A DNA stretch of 23,667 bases, from the NCBI GenBank assembly GCA_040289515.1, contig PSLI01000034.1, positions 1 through 23,667 on the forward strand, given 5' to 3'. This DNA is from Candidatus Sysuimicrobiota bacterium (GTDB taxonomy: Bacteria; Sysuimicrobiota; Sysuimicrobiia; Sysuimicrobiales; Sysuimicrobiaceae). Both the position numbers and the translations under genes were made by a program. Positions 9,932 to 18,465 of this stretch are shown here, piece after piece. How positions within the stretch are numbered: position 1 is the first letter of the stretch; each line of letters begins with the position of its first letter. A model generated the notes under the pieces. That model did not search any database. It was not told the origin of the DNA and worked only from the letters and a program-made list of their open reading frames with translations.

Positions 9932-10927
9932 CTACCCGGCCCGGGTTGGGGACCGCAACTCCTCCCGGGCGCGCCGTGCACCCTCCACCATGGAATGCAA
10001 CTTGCCGGCCGCTTCCTCGATGGTTCGCGTCTTCAGCCCGCAGTCCGGGGAGACGTACACCTGCTGCGGCTCGAACACCTCCAAAGACCGGCGGATGCCG
10101 TCCAGCACCTCCTCCGTTGTCTCCACGCGGTGGGAGTGGACGTCGATCACACCCAGGCCGATGTCTTTGGTGAAGGGGTGTTTCCGGAACACCTCCAGCA
10201 GCGCAAAGTCCTCGTTCTTCAGGGCCAGGTCGATCTGCCGCACCGGCAACTCCAGCATCTTGGGGTAGATGCGCGGTACGTCCCCGTAGCACACGTGGGT
10301 GATGGTGTACGCGCTGAGCCCATCCGTGACGATCTCCATGGCCTCCCGGGCCAGCTCGAAGTCCTCCTCGGGCCGGGTGTGGAGGGCTGGTTCGTCGATC
10401 TGGATGAACCGCGCCCCCGCCCGCTCCAGGTCCACCGCCTCCTCGTGGATGGCCCGGGCCAGTTCCAGTACCAGCTCCCGGCGGGTGGGGTAGTACTCGT
10501 TGAAGGACCACTCCGCGATGGTGTAAGGGCCCGTGAGCATGCCCTTCACCGGCTTGCCCGTGAGGGACTGCGCGAAGCGGAACCACCCCACCGTGATGGG
10601 CCGCTTCCGCCCTACGGGGCCCACCACCACGGGCTTGGGGTAGTACCGGTTGCCGTAGGAGCGCACCAGGCCCGCGATGGCGAACCCTTCCAGCTCGTCC
10701 GCGAAGTACGCCACCATGTCGCCCCGGTACATCTCCCCGTCCACGAACACATCCAGGCCCAGCTCCTCCTGCCGCTGGATCCACTCCCGGGTGGCCCGCT
10801 CTTCCAGTCGGCGCAGTTCCTCCGGTTCCAGCTGCCCCCGCAGGCGCTTCCGCCGTGCCTCCAGCAGGTAGGGGGGTTTGGGGAAGGAGCCCACCGTGGT
10901 GGTAGGGAACAACGGCAGCTCGCTCAC
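9932..10927 (-). CDS. metE: Cobalamin-independent methionine synthase, catalytic (C-terminal barrel) subunit of split MetE (331 aa)
   Basis: PTTTVGSFP, DGEMYRGDMVAYF, KGMLTGPYTI, IQIDEPA, Zn ligands THVCYG (H211, C213) and SPDCGLKT (C296). GTG overlaps the upstream stop (GTGA). Confidence 0.92.
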   Translation of the reverse strand: MSELPLFPTTTVGSFPKPPYLLEARRKRLRGQLEPEELRRLEERATREWIQRQEELGLDVFVDGEMYRGDMVAYFADELEGFAIAGLVRSYGNRYYPKPVVVGPVGRKRPITVGWFRFAQSLTGKPVKGMLTGPYTIAEWSFNEYYPTRRELVLELARAIHEEAVDLERAGARFIQIDEPALHTRPEEDFELAREAMEIVTDGLSAYTITHVCYGDVPRIYPKMLELPVRQIDLALKNEDFALLEVFRKHPFTKDIGLGVIDVHSHRVETTEEVLDGIRRSLEVFEPQQVYVSPDCGLKTRTIEEAAGKLHSMVEGARRAREELRSPTRAG

Positions 10928-11904
10928 CGGGTCACCTCCAGGGCAGCGCGCTTCACCTCCACCAGCCGCACCAGCTTCGCCTTGGCCGCCCGCCGCGGCA
11001 GGAACTCCAGTCCCGCGGTGGGACCCAAATCCACGCGGTCCAAGGACACGAAGCGCACCAGGCGCTCCAGGGCCCGCAGCACCTCGTCCACGGTCTCCAG
11101 GCGGGTGTTGCGGGCGTCCAGCACCCCAAACCCCAGGCGCCACCCTGCGGGGAAGCCCTCCGATTCCAGGACCTCCCAGTTGCGCGGCCCCGCCACGAAG
11201 TCCAGGCCCACCCCCTGTACGGGCAGGTCCGCCAGGGCCCCCAGCACCCCGCGGGCGTCCCCGAAGTACGTATACAGCATCACGGGCGAGCGTACCCCCT
11301 CCAGCAGGACTGCCATCGCCTCCCGGAACAACGGCAGGTCGTCCTTGTGCTGCAGGAGGGCGGGTTCGTCCACCTGCACCACCGGGGGGGACTCCGCATC
11401 CAGGGCTCGCAGCTCCTGGTTGAGGGCCCGGGCCAGGCTCAGCACGAAGTCCCCGAAGTGGGGGTAGTGGCGGTTCTGGCTCAGGCGGCTCAGGGTGTAC
11501 GGTCCGGTGAGCACGGGTTTCACGGGCTTCGCGCTGTGGGCGCGGGCGAACCGGTAGTCCTGCACGGTGATGGGCTCCCGCCAGCTCACGGGACCCTCGG
11601 CCACGGGCTGGCGGTAGTACACGTTGGTGTCGAACCACCGCTGCAGCCCGTTGATAGAGAACCCCTGCAGGCACCGGGCGAAGTAGGTCTGGGGGTCCTC
11701 CCACCGGATCTGGCCGTCCGTAACCAGGTCCAGGCCGGCTCCCACCTGGTCCGCGATGGCCTCCAGGGTCACCTCGTCCTCCACCCGGCGGAACTCCTCC
11801 GGGCCGATCTGGCCCCGCTGCAGCTTTTCCGCCGCGGTCCGCCATCGCCCCGGCGCGGGCAGATCCGGAATCTTGGGGTAGCTCCCCACGTGGGTGGTGC
11901 GCAA
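10924..11904 (-). CDS. MetE N-terminal-barrel-like subunit (non-catalytic partner of split MetE, 326 aa)
   Basis: HVGSYPKI, TDGQIRWED, RWFDTNVYYRQP, KPVLTGPYTL, VQVDEPAL, LYTYFGD, GLDFV, GVLDARN, GLEFLP. No Zn-binding HxC/C motifs. TTG start after strong AAGGAGGGAGG RBS. Confidence 0.88.
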   Translation of the reverse strand: MRTTHVGSYPKIPDLPAPGRWRTAAEKLQRGQIGPEEFRRVEDEVTLEAIADQVGAGLDLVTDGQIRWEDPQTYFARCLQGFSINGLQRWFDTNVYYRQPVAEGPVSWREPITVQDYRFARAHSAKPVKPVLTGPYTLSRLSQNRHYPHFGDFVLSLARALNQELRALDAESPPVVQVDEPALLQHKDDLPLFREAMAVLLEGVRSPVMLYTYFGDARGVLGALADLPVQGVGLDFVAGPRNWEVLESEGFPAGWRLGFGVLDARNTRLETVDEVLRALERLVRFVSLDRVDLGPTAGLEFLPRRAAKAKLVRLVEVKRAALEVTR

Positions 11905-11924
11905 CGCCTCCCTCCTTATTACGG

Positions 11925-13067
11925 TCACGTGGCCTGCAGCACCGCCTTGGCCACGATGAGCCGCTGGATTTCGCTGGTGCCCTCCCCGATCTCGCACAGG
12001 CGCACGTCCCGATAATACCGCTCCACGGGATAGCTGCGGATGTAACCGTAGCCCCCGTGCACCTGGAGGGCACGGTCCGCGGCCCGGTGGGCTGCCTCGG
12101 AGGCGTACAGCTTGGCCATGCTGGCTTCCTTCCGGAAGGGCAGACCCTGGTCCGCCATCCACGCGGCCCGCAGCACCAGCAGCCAGGCGGCGTCCAGTTC
12201 CACCGCGGAGTCCGCCAGCATCCACTGGATGGCCTGGAACTCCGCGATGGGCCGGCCGAAGGCCACCCGGCCCTTGGCGTACTCCAGGGCGGCCTCCAAG
12301 GCCGCCCTGCCGATACCCACCGCCATGGCGCCGATGCCGATGCGGCCCCCCTCCAGCACCCGCATGGCCTGCGCGTAGCCCTCCCCTTCCAGCCCCAGCC
12401 GGTTCTCCTCGGGCACCTCTACGTCCTCGAACACCACCTCCGCGGTGTCCGAGGCCCGAAGCCCCAGCTTGTCCTCCTTCCTGCCCACCCGCAGGCCAGG
12501 CGTGCCTCGCTCCACCACGAAGGCGCTGAGGCCGGCCGGCCCCTCCCCTCCCGTGCGGGCCATCACCACGTACACGCCCGCCACGGACCCCTGGGTGACG
12601 AACGCCTTGGTCCCGTTCAGCACGTACCGGTCCCCCCGCCGTTCCGCCCGCGTGCGCAAAGCCGCGGCGTCGCTGCCCGCGTGGGGCTCTGTAAGGCACC
12701 AGGCACCCAGCACCTCCCCCCGCGCCAGGCGGGGCAGGTAGCGCTGCTTCTGCTCCTCGTTGCCGAAGTGCACCAGGTGCGCACCACACAGGGAGTTGTG
12801 AGAGGCCACCGTGAGGGCCACGGACCCATCTGCCCACGCGATGCGCTCCACCGCCAGAGTGGCGGAGATGGTGTCCATACCGCTTCCCCCGTACTCCTCG
12901 GGGACCTGCAGACCCAGCAGGCCCAGCTCCGCCAGCTGCGGCACCACCTCGTGGGGGAAAACCCCCTCCCGATCCCACCGGGCCGCGTGCGGTCGCAGGC
13001 GCTGGGCGGCAAACTCTCCCACCGCCTGGTACACCAGCCGCTGCGACTCCGTGAGCTCGAAGCGCAT
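11925..13067 (-). CDS. Acyl-CoA dehydrogenase (short/branched-chain type, 380 aa)
   Basis: [66 protein letters not shown]. Confidence 0.95.
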   Translation of the reverse strand: MRFELTESQRLVYQAVGEFAAQRLRPHAARWDREGVFPHEVVPQLAELGLLGLQVPEEYGGSGMDTISATLAVERIAWADGSVALTVASHNSLCGAHLVHFGNEEQKQRYLPRLARGEVLGAWCLTEPHAGSDAAALRTRAERRGDRYVLNGTKAFVTQGSVAGVYVVMARTGGEGPAGLSAFVVERGTPGLRVGRKEDKLGLRASDTAEVVFEDVEVPEENRLGLEGEGYAQAMRVLEGGRIGIGAMAVGIGRAALEAALEYAKGRVAFGRPIAEFQAIQWMLADSAVELDAAWLLVLRAAWMADQGLPFRKEASMAKLYASEAAHRAADRALQVHGGYGYIRSYPVERYYRDVRLCEIGEGTSEIQRLIVAKAVLQAT

Positions 13068-13068
13068 G

Positions 13069-16044
13069 CTAGCCCTTCACCACGCCCACGGGCCGCATCT
13101 TGGCCACCTTGCGGGAGATCCCCGCCCCGTGGCACACCTCCACCACGTCCGCCACGTCCTTGTAAGCCTCCGAGGCCTCCTCCGCCAGCAGGGACCGGTT
13201 CTGGGCCCGCACGAGGATCCCCCGCTTTTCCAGCTCCGCGGCGATGTCCACGCCCCGCAGCTCGCGCACCGCCGCCTTGCGGCTGCGCACCCGCCCCGCC
13301 CCGTGGCAGGTGCTGCCGAAGGTCTCCTCCATGGCTCGCTCGGTGCCCACCGCCACGAAGGAGTACCGACCCATGTCCCCGGGGATGAGGACCGGCTGGC
13401 CGATCTCCCGGTAGCGGCTCGGGATCTCGGGGTGGCCGGGCGGGAAGGCCCGGGTAGCGCCCTTCCGGTGCACCACCAAGCGCACGGGACGGCCGTTTAC
13501 CGGGTAGGTTTCCAGCTTCGCGATGTTGTGGGCCACGTCGTACACCACCTGGAGCCCGATCTCCCGCAGCGGCCGGTCCAAGACCTTCGTGAAGGACTCC
13601 CGCACCCAGTGGGTAATCATCTGCCGGTTGGCCCAGGCAAAGTTGGCCGCGCAGCACATGGCCCGGAAGTACTCCTGACCCTCCGGCGAGGAGAAGGGCG
13701 CGCAGGCCAGCTGCCGGTCTGGGAGGGTGATCCCGTACTTCTTCAGGGCGCGGTCCGTCACCCGCAGGTAGTCCTCGCACACCTGGTAGCCCAGTCCCCG
13801 CGACCCGGTGTGGATGAACACCACCACCTGGCCGACGAACAGCCCCATCACCTCCGCGGCCCGCCGGTCGTAGACCTCCTCCACCACTTGGATCTCCAGG
13901 AAGTGGTTGCCGGAGCCCAGGGTGCCGATCTGGTCCTTGCCGCGCTCCTTCGCCCGTGGGCTCACCGCGTCGGGATCCGCGTCCGGCAGCTGGCCTGCCG
14001 CCTCGATGCTGTCCAGATCCCCGGGGGAGCCGAACCCGCGCTCCACGGCCCACCGCGCCCCGCCCCGCAGCACGTCGTCCACCTCCCGCAAGGACACCCG
14101 CACCTTGCCCGTGCTGCCCACCCCGGAGGGCACGTTGCGGAACAGCTCCTCCACCAGCTCCCGCAGCCTGGGCCGCACCTCCTCCTCCGTGAGGTCGGTG
14201 CGGAGGAGCCGGACGCCGCAGTTGGAGACCACGAACCCGTTCGCGATGAAGTTGTGGTCCGGGTGCGCCACGGTGACGTCGTAGACATCCTCCGTGAAAT
14301 CGACCAGCTCCTCCAGAGAGAGGATGCGCGCCCAGACCATCCCGCTCTCGCCCAGGCCCGCGGTCGCCTCCCGCCGGTAGGTGTCGAAATCGGGGAAGTC
14401 CACGCCGATCCGGACGGACTCCTTCCCGCCCCCGTACACGGAACGTTCCACGAAGTGCCCGTTCGCTCCCTGGACCGACGGTTCTTCCTGGATCCGTGCC
14501 AGAGGGCTGCCCGCCGCGTAAAGGGCCACGGCCGCCGCCTGTTCCCGTGCCCGGGTGGCGCGCTGCCTCTGTTTGAGATACTGGACGGCCACCAGCCCCT
14601 GCACGTGGCGGCGGCGGTTGTACTCGAACCCGATGCGTCCCCACAGAGCAACCAGACTCTCGGGCCTGGAGGAGAGAAGGAGGCGGAACCGAACGGAGCG
14701 CGTGCCGTCCGTGCGCGGCTCGACCCGCCGGGTGATACCGCACACCTCCACACCGAAACGGGCCAGCAGGGAAGCCACGTCCTGCAGGAACAACTCGCCG
14801 CTGTCCGCCACCGGCTCCCGTTTGCTCAAGGAGAGGAGAGACACGTGGGAATCCTTGCCGTGGCCGTCGATGGGGCCCGGCGTGGAGCGCCCGGCGCCGA
14901 AGAAGGCCGCCAGGAACAGGCGCTGTTGCCAGCGTGGGGCCTCCCACAGCCAGGAGGGGAGTCGGAAGTCCTGCGAAGCTTTCGCGCCCACCGGGACACC
15001 CAGGGCCACCAGGAGCGCCGCCAGCGCGCTGCTGGACACCTTCACGGCATGCTCCGTGCGCTCGAACCGGTACGCGCCGTACGGGGTTCGAAGAGCGTGG
15101 CGAGGCCGGCGCGGGTAAACCCTCGACGGGCTGAACCCCAAGGCGGCGATGTCGGCGCGAATCGCCTCCAGGTCCTCCGGAGGGCCGTAGAACCAGACCG
15201 TGCCCCTGCCGGTGCCTCCGGTGAAGTACAGGGTGCCGTCTCCGAACAGATATCCCAGCAGCTTCAGCAGATAGGGCAGCGCCGGAGAGTCCAGGCGCAG
15301 GGGAAGCAGCCCCCGCCGGGTCAGCTGCGCGCGAATCTGCGTCCCCACTTCCTTCCTCCCTTTGCCCAGCGCCTCCAGAACACGCTGCAGACGCGCTTCG
15401 TCCACGAGGACGCGCGCTTCCGGCTCTTCATACTCGACACCCTCGAAGGGGTACACGGCAACCCGGTCGCCGGGCCGAAGCTCTCTCAAAGGCCGCATCC
15501 CGTCCGGCGTCCAGAAGGGGTGGTCCGCCGTGGCCACGATCTGCTCCCCGGTCTCCGTGGTCAAGCGGTAGACGGCAACGTGGGGCTTGCGCCGCAGGTA
15601 CAGGACGAGGTAGGTCGCCGCCTCCCGCTCCCTGGCAAAGTCCTGGCAGCGCAGGCGGGCTCGCTCCCAGCCTCGCTCCATGCGGGCGATGGGGACCGTG
15701 TAACCGAACTCGTGGAGGACCCGGCTGTCGCCCGCGATGCAGTTGATATCGTAGCCGACCCCCCCGGGGGAGATGACCCCGTCGTCCGCCCGCAGCGCCG
15801 CCACCCCGCCCACGGGGAACCCGTACCCCCAGTGGATGTCCGGCATGGCCAGGGAGTACCGCACGATCCCGGGCAGGGTGGCCACGTTGGCCACCTGCTC
15901 CAGCGCCTGGTCCTGGCCGATCTGCCGCAGCATGGCCTCGTCCGCGTACACAAATCCGGGCACCCGCATGCCGGGTTTGTAGTCCTGCGGGATCTCCCAC
16001 CGGTACTCGTCCACCTTGCGCAGCACCCGCGTCCACTGCGTCAT
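13069..16044 (-). CDS. rtcB: RtcB RNA ligase precursor with intein (991 aa; 484 aa after splicing)
   Basis: [88 protein letters not shown] 16044 with GGAGG RBS. Confidence 0.97.
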   Translation of the reverse strand: MTQWTRVLRKVDEYRWEIPQDYKPGMRVPGFVYADEAMLRQIGQDQALEQVANVATLPGIVRYSLAMPDIHWGYGFPVGGVAALRADDGVISPGGVGYDINCIAGDSRVLHEFGYTVPIARMERGWERARLRCQDFAREREAATYLVLYLRRKPHVAVYRLTTETGEQIVATADHPFWTPDGMRPLRELRPGDRVAVYPFEGVEYEEPEARVLVDEARLQRVLEALGKGRKEVGTQIRAQLTRRGLLPLRLDSPALPYLLKLLGYLFGDGTLYFTGGTGRGTVWFYGPPEDLEAIRADIAALGFSPSRVYPRRPRHALRTPYGAYRFERTEHAVKVSSSALAALLVALGVPVGAKASQDFRLPSWLWEAPRWQQRLFLAAFFGAGRSTPGPIDGHGKDSHVSLLSLSKREPVADSGELFLQDVASLLARFGVEVCGITRRVEPRTDGTRSVRFRLLLSSRPESLVALWGRIGFEYNRRRHVQGLVAVQYLKQRQRATRAREQAAAVALYAAGSPLARIQEEPSVQGANGHFVERSVYGGGKESVRIGVDFPDFDTYRREATAGLGESGMVWARILSLEELVDFTEDVYDVTVAHPDHNFIANGFVVSNCGVRLLRTDLTEEEVRPRLRELVEELFRNVPSGVGSTGKVRVSLREVDDVLRGGARWAVERGFGSPGDLDSIEAAGQLPDADPDAVSPRAKERGKDQIGTLGSGNHFLEIQVVEEVYDRRAAEVMGLFVGQVVVFIHTGSRGLGYQVCEDYLRVTDRALKKYGITLPDRQLACAPFSSPEGQEYFRAMCCAANFAWANRQMITHWVRESFTKVLDRPLREIGLQVVYDVAHNIAKLETYPVNGRPVRLVVHRKGATRAFPPGHPEIPSRYREIGQPVLIPGDMGRYSFVAVGTERAMEETFGSTCHGAGRVRSRKAAVRELRGVDIAAELEKRGILVRAQNRSLLAEEASEAYKDVADVVEVCHGAGISRKVAKMRPVGVVKG
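14221..15741 (-). mobile_element. Intein (507 aa) with LAGLIDADG-type homing endonuclease domain inserted in rtcB
   Basis: Block A CIAGDSRV, block B ATADHPF, LAGLIDADG-like LLGYLFGDG and FLAAFFGAG, block F VYDVTV, block [12 protein letters not shown] followed by extein Cys. Removal restores GYDINCGVR. Confidence 0.96.
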
Positions 16045-16114
16045 GGCCGCACCTCCAAGCAAAGAGCCCCCCACGTTCCGTGAGGGGCCCCGCGCACTCC
16101 TCCCCGGGCACCCG

Positions 16115-16369
16115 CTAGAAGGGCACGGCTTCCACCGCCTGGATCTCCGGGACCTCCTCGCGGATCATCCGCTCCACCCCGGCCTGCAGGGTCATCATGG
16201 AGTACATGCAGCCCACGCAGGCACCCGCTAGGCGGATCTGCACCACCCCGTCGCTGACGTCCACCAGCTCGATGTCCCCGCCATCGGCCTGGATGTAAGG
16301 CCGGATGGCCTCCAGCACCCGCTCCACGCGGGCCCGCACGTCCTGCTCGTGGGAGATGGTCTCGCTCAT
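16115..16369 (-). CDS. NifU C-terminal domain / Nfu-type Fe-S carrier (84 aa)
   Basis: IRPYIQADGGDIELV...LAGACVGC...TLQAGVE. Confidence 0.93.
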   Translation of the reverse strand: MSETISHEQDVRARVERVLEAIRPYIQADGGDIELVDVSDGVVQIRLAGACVGCMYSMMTLQAGVERMIREEVPEIQAVEAVPF

Positions 16370-16381
16370 TCCAGCCTCCCG

Positions 16382-16750
16382 CTACGCCTGCGGCGCGTCC
16401 TCACAGGGCTGCGCCTCGCCCGGGTCGTCCACGGTCTTGAAGGAGTGCCCGCAGCCGCACGTGGCCACAGCCCGCGGGTTGTGCACCGCAAACCCCTCCC
16501 CGAAGGGGGTCTGCCGGTAGTCGATACGCGCCCCGTCCATGACCCGCCAGGTGAGGGCATCCACCACGAGCCGGATCCCGTGCTGCTCGCTGACTTGATC
16601 ATCGGGCTGGATCCGATCGTCAAAGCCCATGCCGTACGTGAAGCCCTCGCACCCGCCCTTGGTGACGAACAGGCGCAGGTACACCTCCCCCGGCTGGTCC
16701 GCCATGAGCTCCCGGATCTTCCGTGCTGCCGTCTCCGTAAGGGTGATCAT
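16382..16750 (-). CDS. A-type Fe-S cluster carrier (HesB/IscA/SufA/ErpA family, 122 aa)
   Basis: MITLTETAARKI, GGCEGFTY, NPRAVATCGCGHSF. ATG 16750 after GGAGG RBS. Confidence 0.94.
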   Translation of the reverse strand: MITLTETAARKIRELMADQPGEVYLRLFVTKGGCEGFTYGMGFDDRIQPDDQVSEQHGIRLVVDALTWRVMDGARIDYRQTPFGEGFAVHNPRAVATCGCGHSFKTVDDPGEAQPCEDAPQA

Positions 16751-16796
16751 ACCGCCTCCCCGTCCCTGCGGCACTCCCGCGGGCAGCCCTAAAAGA

Positions 16797-16825
16797 ATTC
16801 TAGGAGCCGGCCCCAGCCCTGTCAA
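16797..16825 (-). promoter_or_regulatory. Sigma70-type promoter for the leftward Fe-S carrier/rtcB operon
   Basis: TTGACA (16825-16820), 17-nt spacer, TAGAAT (16802-16797). Confidence 0.85.
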
Positions 16826-16844
16826 ACACGCCCGGCCTGCGGCC

Positions 16845-16873
16845 TTGGCCCCGTGCGGCGCGTGTGCTACAAT
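16845..16873 (+). promoter_or_regulatory. Sigma70-type promoter for yjbQ
   Basis: TTGGCC (16845-16850), 17-nt spacer, TACAAT (16868-16873) with extended -10 TG at 16865-16866. Confidence 0.75.
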
Positions 16874-16956
16874 GCCCTCTGATCTACCGTAGGCCGACGT
16901 ATCGAACCCTGACCGGCCGGCACGGCCGCGCGGGGTGACAAGGGAGGTACGGAGGC

Positions 16957-17418
16957 GTGAAGCGGGCGGCCGAGGCGGCTTCGGGGCTGTTCAAGGTCTT
17001 CACGGAAACCTTCCAGATCCGCAGCACGGAGCGGTTTGAGGTCCGGAACATCACCGACCTGGTCCGGAACCTCCCCGCCCTCGCGGAGGTCACCCACGGG
17101 ATCGTGCACCTGCAGTCCCTCCACACCACCACCGCCCTGTTCCTCAACGAGTTTCAGGACGCCCTCCTGCAGGACGTCCGGGAGCTGCTGCAGCGGCTGG
17201 TGGCGGAGACGGAGGGGTATTTCCACAACAATCCCGCGTACTCCGACTGCGACCGCGGCAACGCCGCGTCCCACCTGCGGTCCCTGCTGCTGGGCAACAG
17301 CGTGACCATCCCCATTCACGAGGGGAAGCTGCTGCTGGGCCGGTTCCAGAGCGTGCTCTTCGCGGAACTGGATGGCCCCCAGACCCGGCGCATCGTGGCC
17401 CAGGTGATGGGGGTGTAG
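16957..17418 (+). CDS. yjbQ: YjbQ/UPF0047 family protein (secondary thiamine-phosphate synthase-like, 153 aa)
   Basis: HTTTALFLNE, NAASHLRSLLLG, LGRFQSVLFAELDGP. GGAGG RBS. Confidence 0.92.
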   Translation: MKRAAEAASGLFKVFTETFQIRSTERFEVRNITDLVRNLPALAEVTHGIVHLQSLHTTTALFLNEFQDALLQDVRELLQRLVAETEGYFHNNPAYSDCDRGNAASHLRSLLLGNSVTIPIHEGKLLLGRFQSVLFAELDGPQTRRIVAQVMGV

Positions 17419-17462
17419 CGGCCGCGGTTGCCCCGGTCCTGCAGGCCAGGAACTCCGCTCCG

Positions 17463-17735
17463 GTGCAAATAGGACCAACCGGGAAGACCACGCTTGACAT
17501 CCCGGAAGGCCTGTATCGCCGGGTCAAGGCCAAAGGCGCCCTGCTCGGCAAGCACGTCCGGGAGGTGACCATTGAACTGTACCGCCGCTGGCTCGCGGAG
17601 CACCGTCCTGCTGCAACCGAACAGTGGCTAGAGGACTGGATCCGCCTCGGTCAGGAAGCACTCGGCAACGTGTCAGGCGGCCCCACGGCCTCGGGAATCC
17701 TGGCCCGCGACCGCAGGAACCTGGAGCGCGGCTGA
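17463..17735 (+). pseudogene. Ribbon-helix-helix antitoxin (VapB-like), probable start-codon loss
   Basis: KTTLDIPEGLYRRVKAKGALLGKHVREVTIELYRRWL is an RHH pattern. The codon before KTT, 6 nt after an AGGA RBS, is GGG (17481-17483). Could still be translated from GTG 17463. Confidence 0.65.
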
Positions 17736-17738
17736 GCG

Positions 17739-18143
17739 GTGCTGACCTTGGAGTCCAATGTCTGGGTCGCGGCCTTCGACCCGCACGACGGATTCCACGC
17801 AAGCAGCGTGGCCTTCCTGCGCACCGTATCCCAGCGCCGGCTCCGCCTGTACGGACCTGCGGTGGTGCTGCTGGAAGCCGCGTGCGCGTTGGCCCGCCGG
17901 GCCCGGGACGCAGCCGTGGGCGCCGGAGCGATTGCGCAGGCATCCGCTGCTGGTGCTCCACCCCGTGGATAGCCGGCTGCTCTCCACAGCGCAGGACCTG
18001 GGACCGCGGCAGCTGCTCTGCAGCATCGATGCGCTGTACACCGCGACGGCAGCCCTGGTCGGTGCTTTCCTCGTGTGGTGGAACGAGGAGCTGGTGAGTC
18101 GTGCAGGTGCATCACCCCCCAGCGGTGGCTGGGCAGCCTGTGA
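17739..18143 (+). pseudogene. vapC: PIN-domain toxin (VapC-like) with two frameshifts
   Basis: MLTLESNVWVAAFDPHDGFH...VLLEAACALARR; shift near 17920 to ERLRRHPLLVLHPVD...IDALYTATA...LVWWNEELV; shift near 18110 to ITPQRWLGSL-stop (18141-18143). Confidence 0.82.
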
Positions 18144-18152
18144 CCGCAACCT

Positions 18153-18455
18153 TCATCGTGGCGCCGCCAGCTCCACCACGTTTCCCGCAGGGTCTTTGAC
18201 TCCGGCCACCGGATCCCCCACGGCCGGAGGGGACGAAGGCCGGTTCTGCGCCCGAGGAGACCAGCAGGCGGTAGGTCTGATCCACATCCTCCACGAGAAA
18301 GCGCACGGAGACCGCCGGGCCCTGCCGGCCGCCGCCTCGCGCGTGGAGTTGAAGGACAACCCCTTCGGTGTTGAGTCGAGCAAACGCCTCGTCCTCAAAT
18401 CAGACGGTGAGCCCCGGGTCAACACCGCGATCGGCCCTAGCTGAAGTCTGCTCAA
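18153..18455 (-). pseudogene. VOC (glyoxalase/bleomycin-resistance) family gene remnant
   Basis: Fragments across frames: LQLGPIAVLT; GLTV*FEDEAFARLNTEGVVLQLH...SVRFLVEDVDQTYRLLVSSGAE; RPWGIR; VAGVKDPAGNVVEL-stop. In-frame TGA at 18402-18400. Confidence 0.8.
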
Positions 18456-18465
18456 GGCGAGCGAC

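Noticed and set aside
12811..16083. 1090-aa plus-strand ORF and other long antisense ORFs (for example 2835-4589, 4729-6723, 7194-9119, 9296-11467, 21373-23136)
   Set aside because: They mirror well-supported minus-strand genes, have no recognisable motifs, and are the expected shadow ORFs of high-GC coding DNA.
18111..18120. C6 run in vapC as a programmed frameshift or phase-variation site
   Set aside because: Run is short, a second independent frameshift lies upstream, and catalytic residues are altered.
13069..18143. RtcB as a dedicated repair partner for the nearby VapC toxin
   Set aside because: Genes are in different transcription units separated by unrelated genes and the toxin is a pseudogene; no sequence evidence for a link.
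18400..18402. In-frame TGA in the VOC gene as selenocysteine
   Set aside because: Not at a Cys-type position and surrounded by other disabling lesions; an ordinary nonsense mutation is the simpler explanation.
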